A DNA stretch of 64,000 bases from Rhina ancylostomus (GCA_030265395.1 JARFYF010000065.1:6031907-6095906), one strand, 5' to 3'; shown: positions 36,701-51,370, counted from the first letter of the stretch. Notes: generated from the sequence alone by a model not told the origin. Numbers and translations: made by a program.

Positions 36701-39700
36701 TCTGTTTGACCACCTGAGTTTTTCCAACCTTTGTTACAATTTGGAATAGCAGTCTCTGTGACAGTGGGAAATTGAATTTGGGTTAATTCCTTAAGGTAAG
36801 TTCCAATAATAAATCTCAAATTTAATTTAGTGCTGGCAAATCCAGATGTTCAGAATTCAGTTCTTCCATAAAACCAGTAGATGTGGTTTCTGACCAGTGT
36901 TCTGTCAATGTAACAGGTGGTTGGAGACCAACAGATGTCTGAACTCTTGGTGGTGTATTAACATCTGTGAAATAGTGAGATGGTATAATGGTTTGAATAG
37001 TGAGGTTTTAGGTAGTAAATAAAAATAATCAGGCTATTAAGTTATGGTAATTTAGAGAGGTCAGATGAGATGTTTTTGGACTTTGCATTGTAGCTTCACA
37101 TTCTTTTAATGTCATTTGCAATTTTTTGTGGATTTTTTAACAATATTCTAGGGAGGTTTTTTAGTAACTTTATTAATCTTTCTCCAGAATTTACTAATTT
37201 GGGTTGATGATTGTATTGGAAGTATTTGAACAAGTATCTGAAGGTTTGTGACTGTACAGCTAAATTAGATGGACTCTTTTTTTTTCTCATTTTCTGAAAT
37301 GCTTTGAAATTAACTCTACAGAAGAGATTGAGCACAGATATAATTGCCAATTTGTGTTCCACTGCTTACCATAGCTATCCTTTGTCACAGCTGGAATAGT
37401 TATCCTTGGATCTTTTCATTACTGGTGAAAGGTAATATTTTAAGGTACATGTGCTACACAAAACAATTGCTTATTTGTTAATCCATTGATCATTTCTACT
37501 TTGAAGAATTCATATTTAGTTACGGTATTGATGAATTTCCGAAATATACCGACATTGGCAATCAGGGTTGAACAACAAGTAGGGATGTGATTTTCTCCAA
37601 ATTGCATTAATCTCTCAGATTAAATTTCAATTAAAACCAGTAGATTATAATATCACAAAATATATACAATAACAAGCTATCTTGTCTAAAAAGCAATCTT
37701 AGTTCCTGACACACATGACTTGCCTCTACTGGTGTTGTCTAGAATATGTGCACAAAAAACATTAGTAGAATGATTAACGGCAGTGAGTATAATCGTCACA
37801 GGCACAGGAACAGAATGTGGTCAGAGTTGAACATAGAAATTGCTTTGGAGTGTTGCTAATATCTTAAGGATCACTTAAAAATGCGGCAGAGAATTTGTGT
37901 ATCATTGAAACTGTCATTTGGCTATTAAAAAATATTAAGGAAATTCCTCAAAGTGATGGGTATATTGTCCTGATCTTGTAAGTGTTTCAAATCACTGACC
38001 CATTGTAGTTTGATAACAATGCTGCATGCTGCTACAATTACAGTTATTTGTGGCAGAAAGGAGGCTTCCATAATTGATCCTGTACTTTCATTCTCCATTG
38101 TGTTTCTTTGCCCCAATGCAATATGTTTTAATGCTTCTCTTCACATTTAATAATTTGAACTTTATTCTACTGTGAATCCCAATATAATATTTAAGTGCAG
38201 TTGGAGTAGATTTTTCTGTAGTACAACTTTGAAGGATTTCATTGATTTTGTAAAATGAAAACAGTAAGTGCAATTATTTACACTAGAGATATATTAATTT
38301 GTTGAGGAATCCTTGAATATTTCCAAAAAAGAAACTGATCAAACATTTAATTGAAACTACAACTTTTGCAGTTAAAATTTAATTTTCACTGAAATTAAAT
38401 ACTTTTTCCTGCATTTGAGTGAATAAGATTACAATTTGAAAGTCCAAAAGCAGCTGTAAAGTGACAAAATGTTGCAGTTTTATCACCATTGTAGATTGTT
38501 GTTCCATAGTCTCATCATATGCAGAATAGTTTTAGCAAATGTGTGAGAACTGGTTTATACACCTCTGAAGTTTTGGGAAATTTTTGGAGTTAGTTTTGCA
38601 GGCTGTTTTAATAACAAGGAAGCCCCTTTTGTAGCCCACAGGCATGGTGTTGGAAGCATATGTGTATGCTCATAGCAAGGTTAGTGCTTTTTATTTCTGA
38701 TCATAGTCTTGGGATGCTTCTGGCAATGTTTTCTCCTTAGTACCTTGCCATTTTTTTTTCTTTTTGGCCCTGTTGCTTTCCTTGGTGAAATTACTCTTTT
38801 GTGATGTTTGTTTCTGCACCATTTTAAAACTTAAGTGATGTAAGAAGAGAGAAATGGGCTTCAGTTTAAATTGAATTAATAGAATTTCTTACAGGTTGCA
38901 TTTTCTCCTATTCCCATAATCTTAACCCAGTTTTATTGCACAAAATAAAGATTTTCATACTTGAGTGAATTTTGAAGCGGGTAAATATCTGTTCTGGTTA
39001 TTTGAACATTGGAGAAATTATGGGTAAGTGTTAATTAAACAGTTTTGAAAAACAGCATAATCTCAAAATTTCAGAACTACAAAGAATTCAAGATGTAGCA
39101 GGAATTTCAAAGGCAAAAAATGAAATAGAGCACAGGAGAAAATGTGTGATAGACTGATGTAGCAATACAACACTGCGTTTTTTTTTCGTAGCTTAGTTCA
39201 CTTAGGGATGGTAGCCAGTATGGATAATGCCTTTATTAGGGTATTGTGTATTTTCCTGATTTGCCATGCCATATTTTGGAGCCATCTAACTATCCGATGG
39301 AGATTATAGATTCCAAAATGTAATTTACTGTTATATTCAATCTGGATTAACAGAAAATTTGGGCAAAAATTTAAATGACATCTAAGTACCAATTCTTCAA
39401 ATGCAAAAAGATTAAGATTTCTTCATTAATCACATATACATCAAAACGATGCAGTGAAATGCATCTTTGTTTAGAATGTTCTGGGGGCAGCCCGCAAGTA
39501 TCGTCATGCTTCCAGAGCCAACATAGCATGCCTACAACTTCTTAACCCAGACGTCTTTGAAATGTGGGAAGAAACCAGAGCAAGTAAACTATATGTTCTT
39601 GGGAGTTTCTGATTAATTTGTGGCCAAATAGTCCATTTCTTACGCATTTCATTTCTTGGAAATCTTAAAACATTCTTTTCAGAGTAGCTGTTAGCTTGAG

Positions 39701-40199
39701 TGATCTTATTGGTTGACATTCACATACCATAACCAGATGTTATTCCTTTCCTCTCAATTTCCTTTGCTAGCAGTAATGCCACTATTTAAGGAATCTGTCT
39801 GATCGCAATCTGGCGCTCTTGGTGCTGCATGGATTTAAGTTTTTAAGTTTACATAGCAATTATGTGTTCAATTAGTTCCTAAATCAAAAACAATTATCTA
39901 TCGGGCAAGAGTCTGTGAGTAAGGTGAACTTTAAGCCATATTTGTTCTGTGCTAAGAATCTCTACCATATACTATTTTAGCATTAAGTAATTGGAATTTT
40001 TCTGCCATGTTTCCTGTATTACACCAAAAGCACACAGTTTGTGATGTAATATTGCAGCATCTGTTGGTGATTCATTGAATTTAGTGGGCGGAAAGGCAAA
40101 ATGGGATAAAGTAATTTAACAGACAGGGAACAGGTCTGTGCTTAAATGTTTGACAGCTCGGACCTGTACGTAATAATGGGATATGGTTCAATGAGCAGT

Positions 40200-42140
40200 A
40201 CAAAAACGATATCAGGAAGGGGGCAATGTATACCTGAAAATGAAATGCCAACTTGAATTAAATCTTTCACATCTGGTTGTGAATGGTGATGGACAATCAA
40301 ACAACTAACAGGAGGAAATGGCTCCAAGTATGTCCACATTTTTGAGGGGCTTGGGGTTTGACTGCTGAACTCAAGGTGGATGCAACGCAATCATTTTCTG
40401 CCATGTGCCAAATTGATGATCCATCCTTGTTTCCTGTGATTCCCACCATCACAGAAGTCAATCTTCAACCAATTCATTTCCCTCTGATACCAAGAAACGG
40501 CTGAGAGCACAGGATATAGCAAAGACTATGCAACTGGATAACAGCCCACTGCAGTACAGTAGATCACTGTAATATTTCAGAACTAAGCACAGCTCTGGCC
40601 CATGCTATTTCAATGCAGTTATGATACTAGCATCTACCCCCAACAATATGGGAAATTGCCCAGGTAAAGCAAGTTTCCAGCAAGCAACACAAATCCAGTC
40701 CAGCTACTTGCTGTCCAAGCACTCGGCCATTAGCAAATTATTGGAAGCAGCACTTATCAAACACCAGTTCACTGAGGGGCAGTTTCGTAGGACCGTGGCT
40801 CTATCGGATCCAGTTATTTTCAAATCCACAGGTTCTTTCAGGAGTCCAGGAATGAGTTGAAAACAACTTGGTGCTTCACAAAGTTTTATTAGAAAGTTTA
40901 AAACAAAGAAACAGTCACAGAGCACTTGGCACTAGCTTTGATGAATTGAGACACAGGGAACAAAAGAAAGCTCAGGCCAGGAGGGCAGCGAGCAAGAGGG
41001 AGATTGCTTTTTTACACTTTTTATACTTGAAATAAGAGATGCTCTTTAGCTAACAATAGTCCAATCAGGAAACCTATTAGATACTTGTGGCCAAACCAAC
41101 CAATGTAAAAACTACATTCACCTGATGGACAAACCAATAAGCTGGTAAGCGGCCATTCCTTGTGGAGCCACTTGAGGTGTATTAAACACTATACATGTTT
41201 AAAAAAAACTAATTAAAACAGTCGAATCCAACAGCTCCTTACCTTATCACAGCCTTTGTCCAAGTGTGGTTCAGAGAACTGAATTCCTGAAATAGAAACA
41301 AAACACTCAGCAGGTTGGGAAATCAGCTGTGGGAATCAAAACAGTGTTAATGTTTCATGTTGAAGACACTTTCTCAGAATTGCTTTCTGCCACTTTGACA
41401 GCTGATTCCCTGGTCCCAGCCAGCTCACCTTTAGGATAGGGAGCTGGATTGCAGAGGTTCAATTCCATTTGCAACTCAGCAAATGAATCCATACACTTGC
41501 AGAAATGCAATAGGCAATAACCTATGAGAGTGTTGAACCAATCACCTTTGATGTTAAATGGCATTACCATCACCAGTTCTCCACTCTTGACCAGAAACTC
41601 AAAGTACCAGCCACATAAAGACTGGCTTTGAGAGGCAGGGTATCTTGAAGCAAGTGACTTGCCTGATACCAGAAATCTTTTTCTTATCTGCAAGACATAT
41701 CAGAAGAATATTCCCTGCCTGGATGGGTGCACTCCCAACAATCAGAGCTTGTCACCAATCACGACAAAGCTGTGTGCTTGATTGGCATCCCATCAACCAT
41801 TCCAACAATTAAATCCTTCCTACATAGCATGCTGTAGCTGCAACATGTACCATCAACAAAATGCACACAGTTACTTGGCTAAGTTCTTTCTGACAGCTTT
41901 TCCTAAACTAGCGTTCTGTATCACCAAGATAGGCAAGGACTTGAGGCTCATGGGAACATCACCTGCAGACTCCTTGGAGGTTGCACACCATCCGGATTTG
42001 GAAATGTATCACATTTCTTAATCAGCACTAGGTTTAAAATCCTTATTCCCTTGATCAGAAGAACTCAAGATGGCAGCTCACTAGAATTTTAAGGACATTT
42101 GGAGATGGGTAATAGATGTTGCCCTTGCCAGTGATGCCCA
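40200..42140 (+). mobile_element. CR1/L2-clade LINE remnant interrupted by a solo LTR and a hairpin element
   Basis: 41560-42140 is collinear with 48040-48680; 40200-40600 is collinear with 63560-63900. Confidence 0.75.
40802..41233 (-). mobile_element. Solo LTR, 432 bp, with CCAAT/TATA/poly(A) layout antisense to brd4
   Basis: TSD GCTC (40798-40801 / 41234-41237); imperfect inverted ends TATCGGATCC...GAATCCAACA; minus-strand TATAAAA 41019-41025 and AATAAA 40885-40890; CCAAT at 41061, 41100, 41134. Confidence 0.75.
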
Positions 42141-42945
42141 GATCCTGTTAAGCATGTGCATTTATCTGTGGGCTAGATCTATGCTTTGTTACTGCTATTA
42201 AATTGGAGTTCCATACAGTGCTACATTCAGCAGATGATTTTTGCAAGTGGCAGAGATGCAAAGGCCATGGTAAATATTAGAAATTTAAGGTTCCTGTTGG
42301 TGCCCATGTTTCATTTGGCAGGGGTTGGGGTATTCTGGTGTAATTTCATGTTGGATTAGTGGGTGAAGGAAAAACATGATCAGTATCCTCAAATGCTGTT
42401 GGAATATGAAGAACACTGGAGCAGTAAAATAAATTCATGTTCATTGAAGTGAGACCTGTACGTGAGATTTGTATGTATTTTGTGAACTTGGGAGAATAAG
42501 GATCTTTGAAAGCTTTTTACTGTTTTGAAGATGTACAAGTAGATGGATTTTGGAAAATTACTGAAAAATACTTCACTGCATTTGCCATAGGGCAAGATTA
42601 GCTTTTGTGTTTTAAAATTGAGACAGCATTCTTGAATGAAGAATATACTCAGTATTTTGAAATATTTTTTATGAAAGGGTCTTTTCAAAGTCTGTTCCAA
42701 GCTGGTCAGCTTCATCCAAAAGGATTCATTCAGGTTATGCTGTTAACCTTTTTTGTTCTGGAAATGTGATTCCTTGTTTGGCATAACTTTGTACAGTCCA
42801 GGAGCAAATGCTCAGGTCTTAGTTATTTTGATTTAAATTAATTTCAATAACTAATATATAAGGAATCTTAAGATGCTTAATAATTTCAGAGTGATTAATA
42901 GCTTGCCTGTGAGTTGTAACTAATGTTTTTATCTTTTGTTTTTAG

Positions 42946-43089
<144 letters not shown>

Positions 43090-44613
43090 TGAGAAGGATA
43101 TGCTGCAATGGATATTTGGTTTATTGGAGTGCAGATCCTTCTGATTCATCCTTCTGCACTAGAAATGTATATTGCTTAAATACAGCGATCTGTAGTTGAG
43201 GATAATAAGTAGGTGAGGATAATAGGGAAAGGCTGAAAAAGTTTACTAAATTAAATTTGTTAACTTTTCACTGGAAGGTATGTACCAGAGTAGCCTGAAA
43301 ATGAAAATTTCCTGCAAATGAAAATATATTTTCCATCTTAGTTGTAAATTAACATCCAATTCTTTGGCCCTATGTCAGTGAGACCCATAAAGGCATAAGA
43401 CCAGAAAACTGGGATGTAGCAAGCAACCTTTAAAATTAGGAGTGCAAGAAGAAAAGGTCAGAGTAAATAGGTCAGATTTTGGGTCTTGGCTCAGTGATCT
43501 CATTTTTGCCTAAATCAAGAGGTTCATGAAATTCAGGTTGTGTTCCAAAAATTTAAGCACCTTATCCAAATTGACACCTGATTGTACAGCATACTCACCT
43601 AGTACTATTTGAAGCAGCAACTCACATTTTACATTGAATGTCTATCCAGTCAAATGTGCACACATGCTCCTATGGCACTATTCGAAGAGGAAGAGAAAGG
43701 GACTTCATAACCATATTTCTTAATCAGTGTTGTTCAAAAGATTTTTGTGGCCATTTATCACATTGCTGTTGGTGAGACTTTGTGCAAAGCAGCTGCAGTT
43801 ATTTTGTACATTTCCTTAATAACTGTACTTCAAACCAACTTGATGGTGAACTGCTGTGGGACACCAAAAGGATGTAAAAGCTGCTGTGTTGCAAATGCTG
43901 TACTACTTGACCTATGGAGTCACTGAAAATAAAAGCAGATCAATGATGTTGAATTATTCCATAACACTGGATTGTGTACAATTAAAATATTGTCCCTTAT
44001 ATTTTTGGAGCAGTGAAAAGGATGCATAGTGTACTCAGTAAAGCACCAAGAATATTTTTTTGCCATGAGAGGAGTCAAAATTGAGATTTCGTAGAAATAG
44101 AAAATTGAGAATAGTTTTCATTGTTTTTGAGAGGGTAAATAGTGAATTACTCTTTCTGCTGAATGGGCAATTGGTAATGAAGGGTGTGTGTCAGGAATTT
44201 ATTAGAGTTCAGCCCTGTTAGGTTTAGATTGGTTGTGGTCAGTTTGGGGTATAGAATCCTTGGTTTGGTTTGGGTTTTAATATTATACTTGAGCAGATCT
44301 CTAGTGCAAAGTCCCCCTCTGATGGATTAGTTTTAGGGAGTTAAAATATTGTCACAATGATAACTGCAACCACCATTATTGTAATTCAATACTGTTGAAA
44401 GGCAGTAGGAAGCAAGGTCCCTGCAGTTATTTTGAGACTCACATCTACTGTAGCTTTAGTACACTTACCCTTCAATTTTCAGTGCAGAAAATTCATAAAA
44501 ATCACATTTTTTCCCATTTTCACATATGACCATTTTTATTGAGAAAATGTTTCAACTTCAATGTGGCATCTTTTAGCCGGGTGTTTAAAATGTGGAAATT
44601 ACGCCTGGTTGTG

Positions 44614-44678
44614 ACCTTTCTTACACGTGTTAAGAAAAAAAGAGTAATGCCCCTATTTTTAACACGTGTAAGAAAGGT
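44614..44678. repeat. Perfect 20-bp inverted repeat (25-nt loop), each arm containing CACGTG
   Basis: acctttcttacacgtgttaa (44614-44633) / ttaacacgtgtaagaaaggt (44659-44678). Confidence 0.95.
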
Positions 44679-44760
44679 GCATCTCTGAACGCATTGTATA
44701 CAAAGCAAGCCAATTTAGGTGGAAGTTGGATTTCATACTTTGGTTTGTATTTTTTTCTAG

Positions 44761-44967
44761 GATGTTTTTGAGATGCGTTTTGCAAAAATGCCAGATGAGC
44801 CTGTTGAACCAGTTGTTCCATCTCCTCCTCCTGTGCCACCTCCAACCAACCAGGTGTCATCCTCATCCTCGAGTGATAGTAGCAGTGACAGCTCCTCTGA
44901 CAGTGACAGCAGCACGGATGATTCTGAGGAGGAGCGGGCACAGAGGCTGGCTGAACTTCAAGAACAG
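44761..44967 (+). CDS. brd4: BRD4 exon 8: end of BD2, Ser/Asp-rich NPS, start of motif B
   Basis: ttttttctag|GAT; [14 protein letters not shown]...[30 protein letters not shown]; CAG|gtacca; 207 nt. Confidence 0.97.
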
Positions 44968-47854
44968 GTACCATCTGTGAGGCCTCGTTATCAATCGTGG
45001 TGGGACATGATTTCAGTATCCTAGCTCCATATTTCTGCAGTAGGCAGGATGAAGGGAATTTATTTTAAGTTATTTTATGTTACCACTTTAAGATGATGAT
45101 GGTATTTTTAAATCATTTGAGCTGGACTGTGAGGAGTTATTTCAAATGAAACTGTAGTGGTTCCCACTTGGTAGATTGGAAAGGTTGAATGGGCTGTTCC
45201 CTTTTCTGATGCTGGCTAAGGAATAGATTGTTCAAAGTGAAGTGTTCACCTGTGAATACCCACGTTCAAGGTCAAAAAAGGCAATTTCATATTTCTGTAT
45301 TCATGTGATTTACTGTTTCTAAAGACTTGTGTGTCTACATGGGTGGCATAGCATTAATAAGAAATTTCAGCGCTGTTACTGGCCATGTAGCTCTGGCAAT
45401 CAGGATTTGCATTTATCTTGGCTATATGGGATATATTTACTCAAGTGAGTCTGTTTCTTTTTATTTCACTTATGTGCCCACTATAGAATGCTTTGGTTAA
45501 ATGTTGATTTGGCTAATTCTTGGTCATACTACAACACTCAATGTGTTTTGGCTGTTTATTATTAACACATTTTCTTCAGAGTTGGATGGCCTACCACGTT
45601 CTCTTGAATCATTCTCCTTTAAGCTGTGGAGCAAAATATTGCCTAATTTATCCTTGAATGTTACCAGTTAACCAAATGTTTTAGTAGTGCCCTATTTTCC
45701 AAGCATTACAATTTTCTTTAGTTTTGATCTTAAGTAGTTGGTGTCTATAGTCTGCATTGACTGACTTAGCATCTTTTTATCGGCATTATTGCACCTCAAC
45801 AAATGGCAGGCAGCCAATTAAGTGTGATTTCCCATACCTCCTAATGCAATTATAATTCTGGATGGAGCAGTGATTGGAAATGCAGTGAAGAGTGAATGTT
45901 TGCTTAGAGCACTGAATATAGTTTTCTCTTTACCAGTTCCTATTTTTACAGCTGAAGTATTGTATTTGGTCAGAAAGAAACCTATCAAATTACACGCTTG
46001 AAAGCCATATTATGAGTTTATTTCTTGGGCCCTGGATATTGTAGTAGAGGGAAGAAAAAGTGTCAGTAAATTAGGAGAAAGATGGGGAAAAATAGCGGAC
46101 TTTCGAGTAAGTGATCAAAATTCAGTATTGTCAAATAAAAGGTGATCTGATCAATGTTCTTGATTTCACTAGATTTTGGGGAAATCAACTTTAATTTGTA
46201 ACTAAGCAAGGAAGATCACAATTTAATCAATGTTTAAAAGCGTGAACTCTATCAGTGTTGTGGAATTGTCTTGGAACATTACATAAAGTTGCCAACGCCA
46301 CCATAAATGATACATAATCTTTTGAGGAAGACCTTGATACTAGCTAACTCATATTTTTGACTTTGCTAATCTGTACATTGAAATTCAATTCGATCGAAGT
46401 CATAATTTGAGAACTGAAAATGAGTTAGAATGTTATTCGAGCTGATTAGAAGAAGAAAAGCTCTTTGCAAAACTATTTAGCATCTTGTACAAACATACTG
46501 CTTCAGAATTGATTCCACTTTGAAACAAAGTGGTGGAATTTAGATGGAAGGCACTTGTAAATTCACGACTGAATCATGTTGATTGAATATTGTACAACTG
46601 AAAGTTTGGAGTAAACACTTAGGTTGGAAATGAGTTTGTTTAATTGCATATTGTGCTGTGGCTAGAGATGATGTCTGTCACATGTAAATTGTCTTTGGAT
46701 ACAGGGTGTTTCTTTTTTTCTTTGTGATGTGAATTACTTTTTAGTGATTGCAGACAGAATTCAGGGGTAAAAAAGGAGATTGTCTACCCAACTGGAGAGC
46801 AAATTATACATGACATTTATTTGGAATGTGTAAATTCAGGTACATGTTGGAAATATGAGTAACATTTTCAAAATTGTCTTGGATTTTTAAATTTCCTCAA
46901 AGTTCTTACAATTGATCAGCAGTAACAAAATATACTTGGGAATTTGAGGCTCAAGATAAAAATTAATGGATAATACTAGATTATTTGCTCAAAGGTCAAA
47001 CACTGATATTCTGATCTGTATGCAGCTTTTTATGAAGAGATCAGTCTCAAAGCATTGGAATTTTGCTATGTGGGTGTTGCCGTTTTGCCACCTTCCCACT
47101 TGTCCAGGCATTTCATTGTTACCTCATGGTAGCAGTGGTTTAGTACATTTAGTTCAGAATATGCTATGCTTCAGCCAACCACTTTAAATACACCCAGCTT
47201 AATTGAGAACGCCAACATCAATTTTAAGTGACAGTGTCAAGAGGAAAGTAAGTGAGAGGAACTAAGGACTAAGTTGCTTACCATGTTAGGAATTGATTCT
47301 TTCCATAGCTGAAGGACAGGTATGATTTGACTAATTTACAACAGTTTGATTTGTATGTTAACTGGAATTCTTAAAATTTAGAGTTTGCTGAATGACAATT
47401 TGGAAAATATTTTAATCCTTCAAGGATGTGACTGAATCTACTCAATCTATAGAATTACTTGACTGAAATAAAAGCAGAAAATCCTGGAAAATCTCAGCAG
47501 ATCATGCATGATTTACAGTGAAACAGTTGAGTCAATGATCTGTCATCAGAACTGGGAAAAGTTTAAAAATAAGTTTTAAGTTGCAGGGGAGGCAGAGAGA
47601 ACAAAAGGAGCAACCTGTAATAAGGTGGAAATCAGGATAGATTAAATAACATAGAAACATAGGGAAGAGGAGTAGGAGTAGGCTAGCTGGCCTCTTGGCC
47701 CTGAACCTTGATTCAGGACTGGAATGGTAATTATTAAAAATTACTGAAGCTTAAGATAAGCTCAGAGCAGCTGCTCATCTTCCTAGAGCACACCTTCAGG
47801 GCATAACATGAAGTTCAATGATTTCAGATAATTATTGCAATCTTTTATCAAAAG

Positions 47855-48680
47855 TAGGATGTTTGCTGATTGCAGAATGTTCAGCACCACTGAAGATGGC
47901 TCAGGTAATTAAGCAGTCCACATCCAAATGCAGCAAGACCTGGTCAATATCCAAACCTGGGCTGATGGCTGGTAAGTGCCAGGCAATGACAATACCCAAC
48001 AAGAGAAAATCAAGCTATCACCTCTTGACATTAAGTGGCATTATCATTACTGAATCCCCCACTATCAATATCCTTCGGGTTTACCCATTGACCAGAAACT
48101 GAACTGGAGTAACCACATACAAATGTAGCTACAAGAGCAGGTCAGAGGCTAGGAATCTTGCAGCGAGTAACTCGCCTCCTAACTGTAAGGCCTGTTCATC
48201 ATCTGCAAGACTCAAGTCAGGAGTCAGAAGGAAGAATCTCCACTTGCCTGAATGAGTGCAGCTTCAACAGCACTCAAGAAGCTTGACATCATACTGGACG
48301 CAGCAGCCGACTTGATCAGCAATCCATCCACAACCATTCACTCACTCCACCACTAACATGCAATAGAATTAGTTTGCGCCATCTACAGAATGTACTGCAG
48401 CAACTCACCAAGACTCCTTGGATAAAACCTCAAGTTCTGCCAGTGAGAAAGACAAGGGCAACAAAGGCATGGGAACAGCATCACCTGGAAATTGCCCCCG
48501 CAAGCCACATACCGTCCTGACTTAGAAATGTATTGCTGTTCCTTCACTGTCGCTGGGTCAGCGTCCTGGAACTGACTCCCGAACCACACATCGAGCACTG
48601 CAGCGGTTCAAGGCACCACCTTTTCAAGGCCAATTAGGGTTGGGGAATTAAATGCTGGCTTAGTCTGCAAAGTCCATCCC
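47855..48680 (+). mobile_element. Best-preserved CR1/L2-clade LINE 3' portion, nested between arms of a Penelope-like element (47460-47640 / 48800-49010)
   Basis: KCQAMTIPNKR..LTLSGIIITESPTINIL; 'accagaaactgaactgg'; 3'UTR ending 'aaatgctggcttag'. Confidence 0.8.
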
Positions 48681-49479
48681 TTAAATGGAAAAAAGAGAAT
48701 TAAAGCATTGTTTTATTTTAGTTATCATCTATACCTCCTGCAGACGTGCCCTGACCACTGTCATGTAGTAGTGTCATTTGTCATTCAGCCTCTGCTGGTC
48801 TCCACCTTATAAACTCTTCTCTCTGCTCTTCCCCTGTTCCTATGCAATTTAAAACCTTAATTTTTAAATTTTCCAGTCTGCTGAAGGCTGTTCAAACGGA
48901 AATATTCTTCTTGTCCTCAGTGGCTGCCTGATCTGCTGGGTATTTCGAGCATTTTCTGTTTTTTTTATATTATATGTCTAGAATTCTGGTATCTGCAGAA
49001 CTTTGTTTTGAAATAATTTGGCTGCATCTGTTCCAAGAAGCCAAAGGAATAATCATGTTGCACCAGAGAGATGTGGAAAATCATACCCAATTTCATTCTC
49101 AATGTGGAGTTTATTGAATAAATAAACGGTAGACTATTTTTGAACTAGTATTTTTGACTCTCAATAATACTAATGGTTTACAGCATTGCTGATAAGTTGA
49201 AAAATATGTGAAGTGGAACTTGTATGCTCTGCTTGCCTAGTATTCCTGGAAGGCAATACTAATAAGGTGGCAGTCACTAGGTATTTATAAAATAAAAGCA
49301 GGAAAAGTTGCAAGTATTCAGTGTGGAAACAAAAAACAGTTAATGCTTCAGGTCAATATCCTTTCATCAGAATTGTTCATCTATTCATATGAAATGCCAT
49401 TTATCTCTGTTTCTCTCTGCATAGATGCTGCCTGATTTGCTATTTCCAGCTGTTATTGAAACATTTCTGTCCTTGTTTC

Positions 49480-50650
49480 AGGATATCTGGCCCCTCCTGC
49501 CAGTTACACTGTTAAGATTATATCTAATCTTTCTCCTCAGTTCCACTTTCTTGCACTTACTGTATATTCCTTAACATCTAAAAATGTATATATTGATCCC
49601 TTTGAAGGTACTAAATGAGTCTACACAGCCCTCTTAACTGGTGGTCTCCAAAATTTCACCATCCATGCTTGAAGAACTTTTCTTTTGTCATCTTGGCCTC
49701 TTAAAAGATCATAACCCCTAGTTCTAGAAACACTAGCTAGGGAAAAACCAACTCTACAACTATCCTGTCAAGCCTTTGTAAGAATTTTGTAAGTTTCATG
49801 AGATCCTCTTGCTCTCTCAAACTATAGAGAGCAAAGGCCCAGTCTGCTTAATCTTTCCTCAGTGGACAAATCCTCCATCTCAGAAATCTGCCTTTGTTAA
49901 ATTCTCACTATTGCAAGTATGCTCTTCCTTTGGGTAGGGAGATCAGACTTGTTGACAATGTTTCCAGATGCAGTCTTACCAAGCCACGTTTATAATTGAA
50001 GCAGGCCTTCTCTACTTTTCTACTCAAATCGGACATGCCGATTGCCTTAATGACTTTCAATGATTCCTGTACAACATTTCCTCTGAATATCAATATGTTT
50101 TGAACTGCTCAGTTTAAAAAAAATTCCCTTTCTATTTTTTTTCTGCCAAGTGGATGACCTCACATTTTTTGTTTTATTCCATCCACCCATTCACTTTGTT
50201 TATTCATGTTTCTTTAAGGCACTTCTGCAATATCTTCGCAACTCATCATGCCACCTAGCCTGTACTGTCATTAGCAAATCTGCGTGGATTACATGATCAT
50301 GTCATCTAAATTATTGATAGATTATATACAACTGGGATCTCAGCACCAATCCTTTGGCATCTTGTGTACCTCCCAGCCCATTTAATACTGTTTTCTCTAT
50401 TATCAATCCTCCAATTATTCCAATATGTTAAACTTAATAGCATGTGTTCTGGTTTTTAATCTCATGTGTGGCACCCTATCATAGACCTTCTGAAAATACA
50501 CCACAACCCTTATCTATTTTGCTGGTTATCTCAAACATAAGATTTGCTAAACGTGATTTCTCTTCCATAAATTCATGTTATTTTTGAAGTGCTTTGTTAC
50601 CGCCTCCTTAATAATTCCAGCAAATTCCTCCTTATTGATGTCTGACTATA
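49480..50650 (-). mobile_element. CR1 LINE 3' remnant
   Basis: ORF 49908-50093(-) YKRGLVRLHLE (YKxLVRPHLEY-like); reverse similarity to 11200-12080. Confidence 0.75.
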
Positions 50651-51158
50651 TCCTTTGCATATAAATAATCAGGAAAAGATTTTTGTATAGTGAGTAGTTA
50701 GTTTGGTGTGCATTGTTGAGGTAGTAATGGAGGCAAATTGTAGAGTTGAAAAGTATTTGGGTGAATATCTCAATTTTCAGGGCTGTGGAGAGAGGGTGGG
50801 TGTGGGACGAGCTGCATTTATTTTGCAGAGAACCAATACAAAATTGATAGACCAATGGGTGGCCTCCTGTACTGTAACCATTCTGTGATTCTGGGTAATT
50901 GAGTGTTACATTATATTGTAACTAACAATCAGCATTACATCTTTGTAGTACCTTCCATTGGATAAAATTACTATAAATTATTTATGTAGTAAAATAAGTG
51001 TTTCCTGCCTCTTCAAACTACACTTGATGTGAATGTGCATCCATCAGAAAGATAAAAACAAAGAACAGCTGTTAAAGGCAAATGCATGCAAAATGTTCTT
51101 GTATTCAAAATCTGAAGTAAACTGTAATTAAGTTTGAGCACTGTTTTGTATCATACAG

Positions 51159-51370
51159 TTGAAAGCGGTACATGAGCAGCTGGCTGCCCTTTCCCAACCA
51201 CAACTGTCAAAACCAAAGAAGAAAGAGAAAGATAAGAAAGAGGAGAAAAAGAAAGAGAAGGAAAAAGAAAGGGAAAGGCATAAAAAGAAAGATGATGTGG
51301 AGGAAAAGAAGAAAAGCAAACCTAAGGAGCAACAGCCAAAAAAATCAAAGAAGAACAATGCAAATACCAG
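51159..51370 (+). CDS. brd4: BRD4 exon 9: motif B end and Lys-rich basic (BID) region
   Basis: tcatacag|TTG AAA; [32 protein letters not shown]...KKNNANT; AG|gtaaac; 212 nt, phase 0-2. Confidence 0.96.
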
